Part shown: in pieces, positions 7,585 to 16,466 of the stretch
Position numbering within the stretch: the first letter of the stretch is position 1
Layout of the letters: every line of letters starts with the position of its first letter
NCBI GenBank assembly: GCA_028282925.1
Contig: JANQGV010000310.1
Location: 3,302-35,301 of the forward strand
Origin: Thermodesulfobacteriota bacterium
Lineage (GTDB): Bacteria > Desulfobacterota > WTBG01 > CAIYCZ01 > CAIRTM01
Length of the DNA stretch: 32,000 nucleotides
Reading direction: 5' to 3'
The notes under the pieces: model-generated
Database searches by the model: none
What the model saw: only the letters and a program-made list of their open reading frames with translations
Told to the model about the DNA's origin: nothing
Position numbers and translations under genes: made by a program

Positions 7585-9915
7585 TTACGAATGAATGGCG
7601 GCATGGATAGACTGGGCCAGTTTTTTCAGGGTATAGGGCTTTTGCACGATTTGCTTAACTCCGGCTTTCATCAGTTCGCCTACTTTGTCGTCAAGCTTAA
7701 GGCCCGAGGCAAGAACCGCTCTGATTTCGGGATCGATTTTTTTCATTTCCAGAAACGCTTCCTTACCGGTCATTTTGGGCATCATCAGATCCAGGAAAAC
7801 GGCGCTGATTTCACTGTGCCGCCGGCGAAAGATGTCAACAGCCGTCCGGCCGTTGTCGGCAACAACAGCACTATATCCGCACTCTTCAAGCAGTGCCTTG
7901 GCTGTTTCACACATGGTGGGCTCGTCGTCAACCACAAGAATCAACCCGGACCCATGGGCAATGCTTTTGTCCGAAGGCGTTGCGGCCTTTGTTTCGGTCG
8001 GTGAAACCTGGGGCAGATAGACATTCATGGTAGTGCCGCGGCCAACATGTGAATCGACATCAATACATCCCTGATGCAGCTCTACGATATTGTAGACCAT
8101 GGCCAGTCCCAGCCCTGTACCGCGATCCTTTTCTTTTGTGGTAAAAAAAGGATCATATATTTTGTGGAGAATTTTCCGGTCCATACCGACACCGGTGTCA
8201 GTAACCGAAAGGCGCCAATATCTGCCCGGATGCAGGCCGGGGTGCTTTTTTAAAAATTGTGTATCGGATTCAAAATCGTTAAGGGCGATAGTCAAAGCAC
8301 CGCCCTGGGGTTGCCCGCCTTCCCGCATAATGGTCATGGCATGATTTGCATTAATGCACAAATTGAGGAGCAACTGTTCAATCTGGGCCGCATCGGCATT
8401 GACCATGGCGTCATCCTCAAAGTAGACCGGATGCATTTCAATGCTTTTATCAAAGGTATTGCGGCACAGCTTGATAATATGTTTGATTGAGTCGTTCAAG
8501 TCACAACGGGTGAAGGACAGCTCCTGTTTGCGTGAAAGACTCAGGAGCTGTCGGGACATATCAGTAGCACGAGATCCCGAAAGAGTCATAATGTTGATAA
8601 AATGCGCCAGTTCGTCATTTGATATGTTTTCACCATTATTGATTTTGAACTGGAGCAGAGAAAGGACCCCAACAATTCCGGACAAAACATTGTTGAAGTC
8701 GTGGGCAATGCCGCCGGCCAGGGTCCCGACGGTTTCCATTTTTTGGGCCTGCAGCAGCAGTTCATCTTTTTTAATGCCGTCGGTTATATCGTCCATGCGA
8801 ATAACCACCCCCTCGGTGCCGTTGATGACAAGGGGTGAGATGAGAATATCATAGTATCTTTTCTGCTCGGTGGCTATGCTTTCGCGCAGCAGCAACCTGG
8901 GTTTCTGGTGCGCGATAACCTCTTCGCAGTCCTTTCTGTAGGTGGCAAGCCACGAAGCAGTATCCCACAGACGTTCACCAAGAGCTTTGGATGATGCAAG
9001 CCCCAGGTGTTTTTCGGCGGCGACATTTACCTGGGTGATGATTCCCTGAGGATCAATTGAGATGAGAATTGAAGGAAGGGAATTGAAGACGTTGTTGAGA
9101 TAGTTTTTGGTATAGCGCAACTCCTCTTCCGACTGTCTGCGCTCGGTGATATCGCGGGCTTCGGCAAGCAGGAACAAAACGTTTCGTTCATTGTCGGTGA
9201 CCGGTTTAAGAGAAAAGTCGGCAAAGCGTATGGTGCCGTCCGGGGCAGGATAACCGGTTTCGAACCTGACAAGCTTATTGGCGGCGGCTTGTGTAACGGC
9301 TTTTTGCAGTTTGTTCTGGTCGGAGGCGGAGTGGGACCACCAGGGTGTCTCCCAAAACGGCTTGTCGACAATGTCGGACTCTTTGAGGTTGATGAAGTCG
9401 AGAGCGGTACGGTTTATGGCCATGACATCCCCATTGGGCCGTAAAAGACTGATGAATTGAAAAGTTTGATCGAAAATAGCACGGAATAAACGCTCACTTT
9501 CTTCCAGTGCGGCCTCTGCGTGTTTGCGTTCTCGTCTGACGGCACGGTCTTGCAGTTCCCGCTCAATTGCGGGAATCAGTCGGGCCAGGTTGTCTTTCAT
9601 GATATAATCATGAACGCCGGCCCGCATGCACTTGACGGCGGTTTCTTCACCGATGGCGCCTGATACAATAATAAAAGGAACGTCATAATCCAGTCGGTGC
9701 AGTTCTTTTATAGCCGCAAGCGGACTGAACAGGGGCATACTGTAGTCGGAAAGGACTATGTCCCATGAGCGGTCCTGCACCGCTTCGGCAAAGCCGTCAG
9801 GGGTTTCAACCCGTTTGTGCACGGGTGTGTATCCGCCACGACGAAGCTCCAGAAGCAACAGTTCGGCATCGTCTTTAGAGTCTTCGATGAGAAGTACTTT
9901 TAGGGGCTTGTCCAT
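7585..9915 (-). CDS. Hybrid sensor histidine kinase (REC-PAS-PAS-HisKA-HATPase-REC)
   Basis: 776 aa. N-terminal receiver (VLLIEDSKDD ... VLSDYSMP), two PAS modules, H-box GGIAHDFNNVL, ATPase G-boxes (DTGVGM, GTGLGLAMV), C-terminal receiver (ILVVDDEP ... FLDLMMPKMTG). Confidence 0.92.
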   Translation of the reverse strand: MDKPLKVLLIEDSKDDAELLLLELRRGGYTPVHKRVETPDGFAEAVQDRSWDIVLSDYSMPLFSPLAAIKELHRLDYDVPFIIVSGAIGEETAVKCMRAGVHDYIMKDNLARLIPAIERELQDRAVRRERKHAEAALEESERLFRAIFDQTFQFISLLRPNGDVMAINRTALDFINLKESDIVDKPFWETPWWSHSASDQNKLQKAVTQAAANKLVRFETGYPAPDGTIRFADFSLKPVTDNERNVLFLLAEARDITERRQSEEELRYTKNYLNNVFNSLPSILISIDPQGIITQVNVAAEKHLGLASSKALGERLWDTASWLATYRKDCEEVIAHQKPRLLLRESIATEQKRYYDILISPLVINGTEGVVIRMDDITDGIKKDELLLQAQKMETVGTLAGGIAHDFNNVLSGIVGVLSLLQFKINNGENISNDELAHFINIMTLSGSRATDMSRQLLSLSRKQELSFTRCDLNDSIKHIIKLCRNTFDKSIEMHPVYFEDDAMVNADAAQIEQLLLNLCINANHAMTIMREGGQPQGGALTIALNDFESDTQFLKKHPGLHPGRYWRLSVTDTGVGMDRKILHKIYDPFFTTKEKDRGTGLGLAMVYNIVELHQGCIDVDSHVGRGTTMNVYLPQVSPTETKAATPSDKSIAHGSGLILVVDDEPTMCETAKALLEECGYSAVVADNGRTAVDIFRRRHSEISAVFLDLMMPKMTGKEAFLEMKKIDPEIRAVLASGLKLDDKVGELMKAGVKQIVQKPYTLKKLAQSIHAAIHS

Positions 9916-9918
9916 CTG

Positions 9919-10359
9919 TTATGAACCTTTTTTATGAGGGAACTCATTTAATACCAGCCAGTAGAGACTCAGTTGATTGGCCGCCTCGACAAACCGTTCA
10001 AAATCAACGGGTTTGCGTACATAGCTGTTTGCGCCGTGCTCATAGCTTTCAACAATGTCGTTTTCCTCGTCGGATGAGGTGAGAATCACAACCGGCAGAT
10101 GCTTTGTTCTCCCGTGGGCCCGGATGCGGCGCAGTACTTCAAGGCCGTCGATCTTCGGCATTTTCAAGTCGAGCAGTATAAGTTCGGGGAGCACGTTGCG
10201 GGGGTCCTTACCCTCTCTTCCAATCAGATACTCAAGGGCTTCAGCACCGTCACGGGCTACGATTATTTCATTCAGGACATGGTGCTTTTTCAGGGCGCGC
10301 ATGGTCAGGTCAAGGTCGTCCTGGTTGTCTTCTACAATCATAATGGTTTTATTTTCCAT
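9919..10359 (-). CDS. Single-domain CheY-like response regulator
   Basis: 146 aa from ATG 10359 (MENKTIMIVEDNQDDLDL ... LLDLKMPKIDG ... YVRKP). The longer track ORF (to 10608) overlaps the upstream kinase and was trimmed. Stop lies 3 nt before the next gene's start. Confidence 0.9.
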   Translation of the reverse strand: MENKTIMIVEDNQDDLDLTMRALKKHHVLNEIIVARDGAEALEYLIGREGKDPRNVLPELILLDLKMPKIDGLEVLRRIRAHGRTKHLPVVILTSSDEENDIVESYEHGANSYVRKPVDFERFVEAANQLSLYWLVLNEFPHKKGS

Positions 10360-12775
10360 AAGACGGTTCCTCCTGCAGTGTAAAATAAAACGTTGCTCCT
10401 TCGTTGGGTTTTGCATCGGCCCAGATCGTTCCACCATGCCGGTGCACAATGCGCTGCGCAGTGGCCAGGCCGATGCCGGTGCCTGGAAAATCATCAGGGC
10501 TGTGCAGTCTCTGAAAGGCGCTGAACAGCTTTTCGGCATAGCCCATGTCAAACCCGACTCCGTTGTCCCTGATGAAAAACACAGCCTTTCCGGAAACAGG
10601 ATGCACATCAGGGCGAGTGACGTTCCTTGTCATGCCGAGTTCAATGACGGGATGCTTTGTTTTGCCGGTGTATTTCCAGGCGTTTCCCAAAAGGTTGTCA
10701 ATCAGTACCCGAACCAGGGTTTTGTCCGCCTTGACCGACAATCCAGGCTGGATGGAATAGTGTACCTGCCTGTGAGGGTCGGCTGCCTGTATGTTTTGAA
10801 AAACCTCCCGGGCCAGAGCGCTCAAGTCAATCTTCTCCTGGTGCATTTCCCGGCGGGTCAGCCTGGAAAGTTTCAGCAGGTCGTCAATGAGCAGGGCCAT
10901 CCGCTGGGAGGCGGCCCGGACCCTTTCTAAATAGTGACGTCCTTCATCGGGCAGCAGCTTGCCGTAGTCTTCGATAACCGCCTGGCTGAACCCGTCGATG
11001 CCGCGCAGGGGCGCGCGCAGATCGTGTGACACGGAGTAAGAAAAGGCCTCCAGTTCCTTATTAGTCGCTTCCAGTTGATCGCGCTGCCTCATCATCTCCA
11101 ACTCGTTCTGCTTGCGTTGCGTAATGTCCCGTATGATACCGACCGCGCCGGTGCGTTCGCCCTGCTTGTCGGTGAGCAGCACAATGTTTTCTTCAATCGG
11201 CACCAGAATGCCGTCCCGGCGCTTGAAATAGAACTCCAGGTTCGAGATATGGCCTTCGGCAAACAAACGGTTTGTTGAGTCCACCGATTTACGAAAGTAG
11301 TCCCGGCCGACGGTAACAAGGTCTCCGGTCGTCGTTTCATAGACGCCTTCATCATCCACGGCAAAAGCGCTCGGAAGCCTGCCGATCAGATCATCCGGTG
11401 AATCATATCTCAGCAGCTCCAGCAAGGCTCTGTTGACCCGCGTTATACGGCCGTTTTTATCGGAAACAGCTATGCAGTCCAGGGAGCTTTCGATAATGTT
11501 GTCGAGAAACTCATTGGCCTCATGCAGGCGGTTTTCGGCCACTCTGCGCATGGTTATGTCATGAATAATGCCCACAGCCCCGATAATTTCTTTTTGCGGA
11601 TTATACAGAATTGTCGAATTCTGCTCTACAGGTACAAGCATCTTATCGGATCGCAGGAAATAGGCTTCCCAGTTTGAGACGCTGCCTTCTTCAAACATCC
11701 GGGTGAGTTGTTCATGCATTCCTTCAAAATAGTCGTCGCCGATAGTGATGGTTTCGCCGGTGGTGCACCTGTATGTTTCGTAGCAAAAGGGTGAAAAATC
11801 GCTGGTGGCTTTGCCGGGGAGATCCGCTTTGTTCCAGCCCATGAGGTTGAGAAAAGAGGTATTGGCACGGATAATCTTCCCGGTACCGTCCGATATAACA
11901 ATGCAGTCTATGGAACTTTCGATAATATTGTCCAAAAACGCGTAGGTCTCCCGCAACGTCGCCTCTTCCTGCCTGCGCCTGGTAATGTCACGGATAATGC
12001 CCACGTCGCCTATCCGCTCCTGCCGATCATCAAGCAGGGAAACCACATTGGACTCTACTGGAACCAGGGTGCCCTGTTTGTCGACAAGATAGAACTCCCA
12101 GTTGGTAATGACCCCTTTTTCAAAAAAAAGGTGGAGTTGCTCCATAAGGTGTTCCAGGTAGGTATCATCTATGGTAACTTTTTCGCCGGTGGTGCAGTCG
12201 TAGGTGCTCCCCGGATGCGGGGAGAGGTCTGCAATGCGTGTTCCTTCAATTTCTTCGGTACGGTATCCCAGAAGGTCCAGGAAGGCATTGTTTGCGCGAT
12301 CAATGCGGCCTTCGGTATTTTCTGAAATATAGATGGCGTCGGGAGAGTTTTTTATAATAGCCGACAGTTTACCTTCGGCTTTTTTGAGTTCGTTATAGCT
12401 CTGGGTGCGCTCGTCGATCTCAAGCTGAATTGTATTTCGGGCTGACCGCAGGCTGCTGTCCAGGTCGCGCAACCGGCCGACCAGGGCTCCCTGGACAACA
12501 AGGGCAATGGTGCCGGCAATGCCGCCCCCTCCCAAAAGCCGTTCGGGCCAGTCGACACCGCACAGCACAAGCAGCAGTGAGTTGGCGGGAAACGATAAAA
12601 CCCCGGTCAGGATGCCGCCCCGCAACCCGTAACATAAACCGGCGGCAATAACGGGCACCAGGGCTGCAGTGGGCATGCCGCGACCATAAAAGTGGAAAAT
12701 TAAGTAAAATAATGCAATATATACAAAAATTGACAAACAAAAGAGAATATTTCGATGTTTTGTTAGTCTTTGCAT
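10349..12775 (-). CDS. Membrane-anchored multi-PAS sensor histidine kinase
   Basis: 808 aa. About four N-terminal hydrophobic helices, a PAS region containing three near-tandem PAS modules, H-box FSYSVSHDLRAPLRGI, HATPase (IRDNGVGFD, GTGIGLATAQ). Its 3' end overlaps the regulator gene by 11 nt. Confidence 0.92.
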   Translation of the reverse strand: MQRLTKHRNILFCLSIFVYIALFYLIFHFYGRGMPTAALVPVIAAGLCYGLRGGILTGVLSFPANSLLLVLCGVDWPERLLGGGGIAGTIALVVQGALVGRLRDLDSSLRSARNTIQLEIDERTQSYNELKKAEGKLSAIIKNSPDAIYISENTEGRIDRANNAFLDLLGYRTEEIEGTRIADLSPHPGSTYDCTTGEKVTIDDTYLEHLMEQLHLFFEKGVITNWEFYLVDKQGTLVPVESNVVSLLDDRQERIGDVGIIRDITRRRQEEATLRETYAFLDNIIESSIDCIVISDGTGKIIRANTSFLNLMGWNKADLPGKATSDFSPFCYETYRCTTGETITIGDDYFEGMHEQLTRMFEEGSVSNWEAYFLRSDKMLVPVEQNSTILYNPQKEIIGAVGIIHDITMRRVAENRLHEANEFLDNIIESSLDCIAVSDKNGRITRVNRALLELLRYDSPDDLIGRLPSAFAVDDEGVYETTTGDLVTVGRDYFRKSVDSTNRLFAEGHISNLEFYFKRRDGILVPIEENIVLLTDKQGERTGAVGIIRDITQRKQNELEMMRQRDQLEATNKELEAFSYSVSHDLRAPLRGIDGFSQAVIEDYGKLLPDEGRHYLERVRAASQRMALLIDDLLKLSRLTRREMHQEKIDLSALAREVFQNIQAADPHRQVHYSIQPGLSVKADKTLVRVLIDNLLGNAWKYTGKTKHPVIELGMTRNVTRPDVHPVSGKAVFFIRDNGVGFDMGYAEKLFSAFQRLHSPDDFPGTGIGLATAQRIVHRHGGTIWADAKPNEGATFYFTLQEEPSYGK

Positions 12776-12935
12776 TAAGCCTCACTCGGTCATTTCATTT
12801 ATTTAAAATAACCAGGGTGGCGGACAGGATTTTGGTGTATATACAAATAATCGGAAATCAGAAGGAAAACTGAAACAGTAAACCGAATTATCAGAAAAAA
12901 ACGGTCTGTGACGTGATAGGGGCCAAGGGGCTTTA

Positions 12936-12963
12936 TTGACTTTATGAAGTGATCTGATACTAT
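12936..12963 (+). promoter_or_regulatory. Candidate sigma70-type promoter for the DUF169 operon
   Basis: TTGACT (12936-12941), 16-nt spacer, TACTAT (12958-12963), about 40 nt upstream of ATG 13002. Pattern only. Confidence 0.3.
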
Positions 12964-13001
12964 TTAGAGCATACACTAATGCTTTTAGCGGACGAAATGC
13001 C

Positions 13002-13874
13002 ATGCCTACAGTTAAAAAAATGCTGGCCCGAATGATTGCTGCAATGGGCGTGGAGGATTTGAGAATTCCCACGTCCCTGGTCAAGTTTTATCCCGAAGGG
13101 GAAGAAGTTCCAGCACATGTTTTGGAAAACCACCCCGACAGCCTTACCTTTACCAGTTGTCAGGCGGTCCGCCAGGCTTCTTGCGGGGATGCAGTCTGTT
13201 TGACCCGAAGCAATATCGGCTGTGTTGCGGCGGCCATCAGCCTGGGGCTGGTCGATCAAGACGAAACAAAGCCTCTGGAAGGCCCCCGGGTATACACCGA
13301 ACTAATGCGGGAGCAGAGGCGGGACCCCGGTGCCCGGTTTCAGGCACCGTCCCCCAGCGATTTTACCGATGGTATTGTCTATGCCTGCCGTGATGCCGGA
13401 CGGGAAGACTTCTGCCTGTTCGGTGAAGATGATTGCGGCCGGTATAAAGATGTTGCAACCGCAAAGACAGCTATTGCAGATATGACGGCAATTCAGCCGG
13501 CGGTGATGCAGGCCGTCTTTTTTTATACCCCTGAATATGATGCAACGGACCTGATACCGGACGTTGTGGTCTTCAGTGTACGGCCGGTTGAGCTGACACG
13601 GATCATTCAGGCCTATCAATTCAACACCGGTAAGCGCATTACCGCCTCCATGGGCGGCATACGCACGGTAAATTCCGATCTGGTTGCCCGGCCGTATCTG
13701 ACCGGGGAGATGAATATTTCAACCTATTGCCTCGGGGCTCGCCTGATTGCCAAATTTGAAGCCGACCGCTTGGGAATCGGTATGCCCTACGCTGTTTTTG
13801 AAGAAGTTGTTCGCGGGATGGAAGACTCGAAGCACGGTTTTCCGTTTCACCTCTACCCAGGAGCCGGAACCTGA
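13002..13874 (+). CDS. DUF169-family protein (COG2043-like), function unknown
   Basis: 290 aa. The layout recalls DUF169: N-terminal VKFYPEG..., FTSCQAVRQASCG, CVAAAISLGL, PDVVVFSVRPVELTRIIQAY, C-terminal CLGAR. Recognised from memory of the family, not searched. Confidence 0.65.
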   Translation: MPTVKKMLARMIAAMGVEDLRIPTSLVKFYPEGEEVPAHVLENHPDSLTFTSCQAVRQASCGDAVCLTRSNIGCVAAAISLGLVDQDETKPLEGPRVYTELMREQRRDPGARFQAPSPSDFTDGIVYACRDAGREDFCLFGEDDCGRYKDVATAKTAIADMTAIQPAVMQAVFFYTPEYDATDLIPDVVVFSVRPVELTRIIQAYQFNTGKRITASMGGIRTVNSDLVARPYLTGEMNISTYCLGARLIAKFEADRLGIGMPYAVFEEVVRGMEDSKHGFPFHLYPGAGT

Positions 13875-13891
13875 ACCGGAGATGATGCTGA

Positions 13892-15328
13892 ATGGATAAT
13901 TTTGCCAAAACCATGATCAACCAGATGGCCCGCAGGACCGGTACGGAACTGACCGAGCGGCATCTGCAGATTCTCGAGTTTGCCTATGAGTACTATTACA
14001 AGCATAAGGTCGGGCCTCTTTTTCATATGTTTAAAAACAGACTGGGCGTATCCAAGCAGGAACTGCAAAAGCTGTTTCCCAACGGCATCCATTCCGTGTA
14101 CAACTGGACCGGCATACCGATCCAGACAACGGATAACATATGTAAGGATGTTGCTGCAGTCGACGTGAAAAATTACCGGGATGTCTATTTCGATCACAAT
14201 GCCACCACCTGTCTGCGGGATGAGGTGAAAAAAGTTTTAATCGATTACTGCAACGGTGTGTACGGTTTCGGCAACCCCAGCAGCAGCACCCTGCCGGGCA
14301 GGAAAGCCTATGAACACGTTTTTCATGCCCGGGAGCAGATTGCCGAGACCATCCGCGTCAGCCCGCGGGAAATTGTTTTTACCAGCAGCGGTACGGAAGC
14401 CAACAACCTGGCGATAAAAGGTGTTGCCTTTAACTACCTTGAAGACAAGGGGCATATTATCAGTTGCAAAACCGAACATCCCTCGGTGCGCAACACCCTG
14501 GAGTGGATTGCAAAGATAGGTTTCACCGTCACCCTGCTTGATGTTGATCCGAGCGGCATGATTTCACCCCAGGCGGTGGAGCAGGCCCTGCGGAGGGACA
14601 CCATCCTTGTTGCTGTTATGGCCGCCAATAACGAGATCGGCACCATTCATCCCCTTGAGCACATCGGGAACATATGCGCATCACGGGAAATCCCTTTCAT
14701 GGTTGATGCCATTCAGGCATACGGTAAAATCCCGCTCAATCCGAAAAAAATCGGCATTTCCCTTATGTCTCTTTCCGGGCACAAAATATACGCCCCCAAA
14801 GGAGTCGGGGCACTGTTTATCGACCGGAACGTGCATGTCCGGCAGCTTCTGCACGGCGGCGAGCAGGAACTGGGGCTGCGGGCCGGAACAGAAAATGTAG
14901 GACACATCATGGCCCTCGGGCGGGCGGCGGAACTGATGTATGCCGAGATGGGCGAGGAGCAGCAGCGCTATGAAATACTGCGCCAGTATTTTTTGCAGAA
15001 CCTGGACGATCACGTGCCCGGCTATATCCTGAACGGGTCCCGGGAAAACCGTTTAGCCCATACCCTTAATGTCGGGTTTCCCGGAGTCGACAGCGGGGCG
15101 CTGCAGCTCAGCCTGAACAAGATCGGCATCTATGTTTCTTCAGGTGCGGCCTGCAGCGCCGGCAGCAAAGAGGCATCACATGTTATCAAGGCCCTGGGGG
15201 TGGATACCGACTATTACGGTATTATCCGGTTCAGCTTCGGCCTGCATAATACCGAAGAGGATATAGACTATCTCTTTCAGTACCTTCCCGAAATATTAAC
15301 GCAGTTGCAGCAGAACGGACAAAGCTGA
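13892..15328 (+). CDS. Fusion protein: N-terminal truncated TusE/DsrC-like domain plus class V cysteine desulfurase (NifS/IscS-like)
   Basis: 478 aa. Residues ~20-84 align by eye with the C-terminal half of E. coli TusE (LTERHLQILEFAYEYYYKHKVGP / LQKLFPNGIHSVYNWTGIPIQTTDNIC). The rest is a desulfurase: VYFDHNATT, PLP lysine in SGHKIYAPKG (Lys298), RAGTENV, catalytic Cys in SSGAACSAGS (Cys421). Confidence 0.88.
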   Translation: MDNFAKTMINQMARRTGTELTERHLQILEFAYEYYYKHKVGPLFHMFKNRLGVSKQELQKLFPNGIHSVYNWTGIPIQTTDNICKDVAAVDVKNYRDVYFDHNATTCLRDEVKKVLIDYCNGVYGFGNPSSSTLPGRKAYEHVFHAREQIAETIRVSPREIVFTSSGTEANNLAIKGVAFNYLEDKGHIISCKTEHPSVRNTLEWIAKIGFTVTLLDVDPSGMISPQAVEQALRRDTILVAVMAANNEIGTIHPLEHIGNICASREIPFMVDAIQAYGKIPLNPKKIGISLMSLSGHKIYAPKGVGALFIDRNVHVRQLLHGGEQELGLRAGTENVGHIMALGRAAELMYAEMGEEQQRYEILRQYFLQNLDDHVPGYILNGSRENRLAHTLNVGFPGVDSGALQLSLNKIGIYVSSGAACSAGSKEASHVIKALGVDTDYYGIIRFSFGLHNTEEDIDYLFQYLPEILTQLQQNGQS

Positions 15329-15425
15329 TTAACCGCGACCGCAGTTAAACGACACCCCGTCCCGGACACAGCGGGGCGGAAACGGTATCCGGCAGCGCGG
15401 CGCACAGTACAGGAGGAGTGCAGAT

Positions 15426-15731
15426 ATGGCGGAAAAACAGACGATGCCCTATGTGTGTCATGTTCTTGTATGTACCAACGATCGCCACGGCGAACGCAAA
15501 TCATGCGCAGACGGCGACAACCCTGCGGTGCGCAAACAGTTGAAGGACGAGGTGAAGAAACGGGGCTGGCTCGGGAAAGTGCGGGTATCGCAGTGCGGCT
15601 GTATGGGGTTGTGTGCCGGGGGCCCCAATGTTGCGGTCTATCCACACAAGATATGGTTTGCGGATGTGCGCCTGGAAGATGTGGGCGGTATTCTTGATAC
15701 AATTCAAACGCTTTTAGATGACACCGCTTGA
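15426..15731 (+). CDS. Thioredoxin-like [2Fe-2S] ferredoxin (COG3411-type)
   Basis: 101 aa. Cys pattern VCTNDRHGERKSC ... CGCMGLCAGGPNVAVYP characteristic of Trx-like 2Fe-2S ferredoxins. Strong AGGAGG Shine-Dalgarno. Confidence 0.8.
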   Translation: MAEKQTMPYVCHVLVCTNDRHGERKSCADGDNPAVRKQLKDEVKKRGWLGKVRVSQCGCMGLCAGGPNVAVYPHKIWFADVRLEDVGGILDTIQTLLDDTA

Positions 15732-15734
15732 GAT

Positions 15735-16436
15735 ATGAATATCCATTATTTACAGCATGTGGCCTTTGAAGATTTGGGGTGTATCCAGACCTGGGCTGAA
15801 CGGGCCGGGCACACGGTTTCCTGCACTCGTTTGTATGCCGGGGAAACACTGCCGTCCCTGCCGGGCATAGACTGGCTGATCGTGATGGGCGGGCCCATGG
15901 GGGTATATGATGACGTCCGGTACCCCTGGCTGGCCCATGAAAAGCAGTATATTTCCCAGGCAATAGAGCAGGGCAAGACCGTGCTGGGGATCTGCCTGGG
16001 GGCCCAGCTTATTGCCGGGGTGCTGGGCGCGCGGGTATATACGAACCCTCAGAAGGAGATCGGCTGGTTTCCGGTTACCAAGGCAGCCGGCAGTGCACAG
16101 GCTGTGCTTTCATCGGAGCTGCCGGACAGCATCACCGCTTTCCACTGGCACGGCGATACGTTTGAACTCCCGCCGGGGGCGGTACACCTTTTCGAAAGCG
16201 AAGCGTGCCGCAACCAGGCTTTTGTGTATGCCGGGCGGGTGGCAGGATTTCAGTTCCACTGCGAGATAACCCGTGCCGGTGTGGAACGGCTTATCACCTA
16301 TTGCGGGTCCGAGATTATTGAAGAACCCTTTATCCAGACGGCGGAGGAGATGCTGTCCGACGAGGGCCGGTTTGCCTCTGTGAACCGTATCATGGAGCAG
16401 GTGCTTGACCGGCTGGTCTCCGGCGACACCGGATAA
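15735..16436 (+). CDS. Class I glutamine amidotransferase (GMP synthase-like GATase1 domain protein)
   Basis: 233 aa. Nucleophile elbow VLGICLGAQL, FHWHGDTF and the catalytic His/Glu region. ATG lies 3 nt after the ferredoxin stop. Confidence 0.85.
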   Translation: MNIHYLQHVAFEDLGCIQTWAERAGHTVSCTRLYAGETLPSLPGIDWLIVMGGPMGVYDDVRYPWLAHEKQYISQAIEQGKTVLGICLGAQLIAGVLGARVYTNPQKEIGWFPVTKAAGSAQAVLSSELPDSITAFHWHGDTFELPPGAVHLFESEACRNQAFVYAGRVAGFQFHCEITRAGVERLITYCGSEIIEEPFIQTAEEMLSDEGRFASVNRIMEQVLDRLVSGDTG

Positions 16437-16466
16437 CCGGAAAGGGCCGCCGCCGATTATGGGAGC

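Noticed and set aside
9919-10608. Long (229-aa) version of the response-regulator ORF
   Set aside because: The extra 83 N-terminal residues overlap the HATPase-coding end of the upstream kinase in another frame. The receiver domain begins at MENKTIMIVEDN, so the start was set at 10359.
10055-10930. 291-aa ORF on the + strand
   Set aside because: It is entirely antisense to the well-supported response regulator and kinase genes. The product is Ser/Arg-rich low complexity with no motifs, a typical shadow ORF.
15277-15963. 228-aa ORF on the - strand
   Set aside because: It overlaps three motif-supported + strand genes (desulfurase end, ferredoxin, GATase). The product is Pro/Arg-rich with no recognisable domain.
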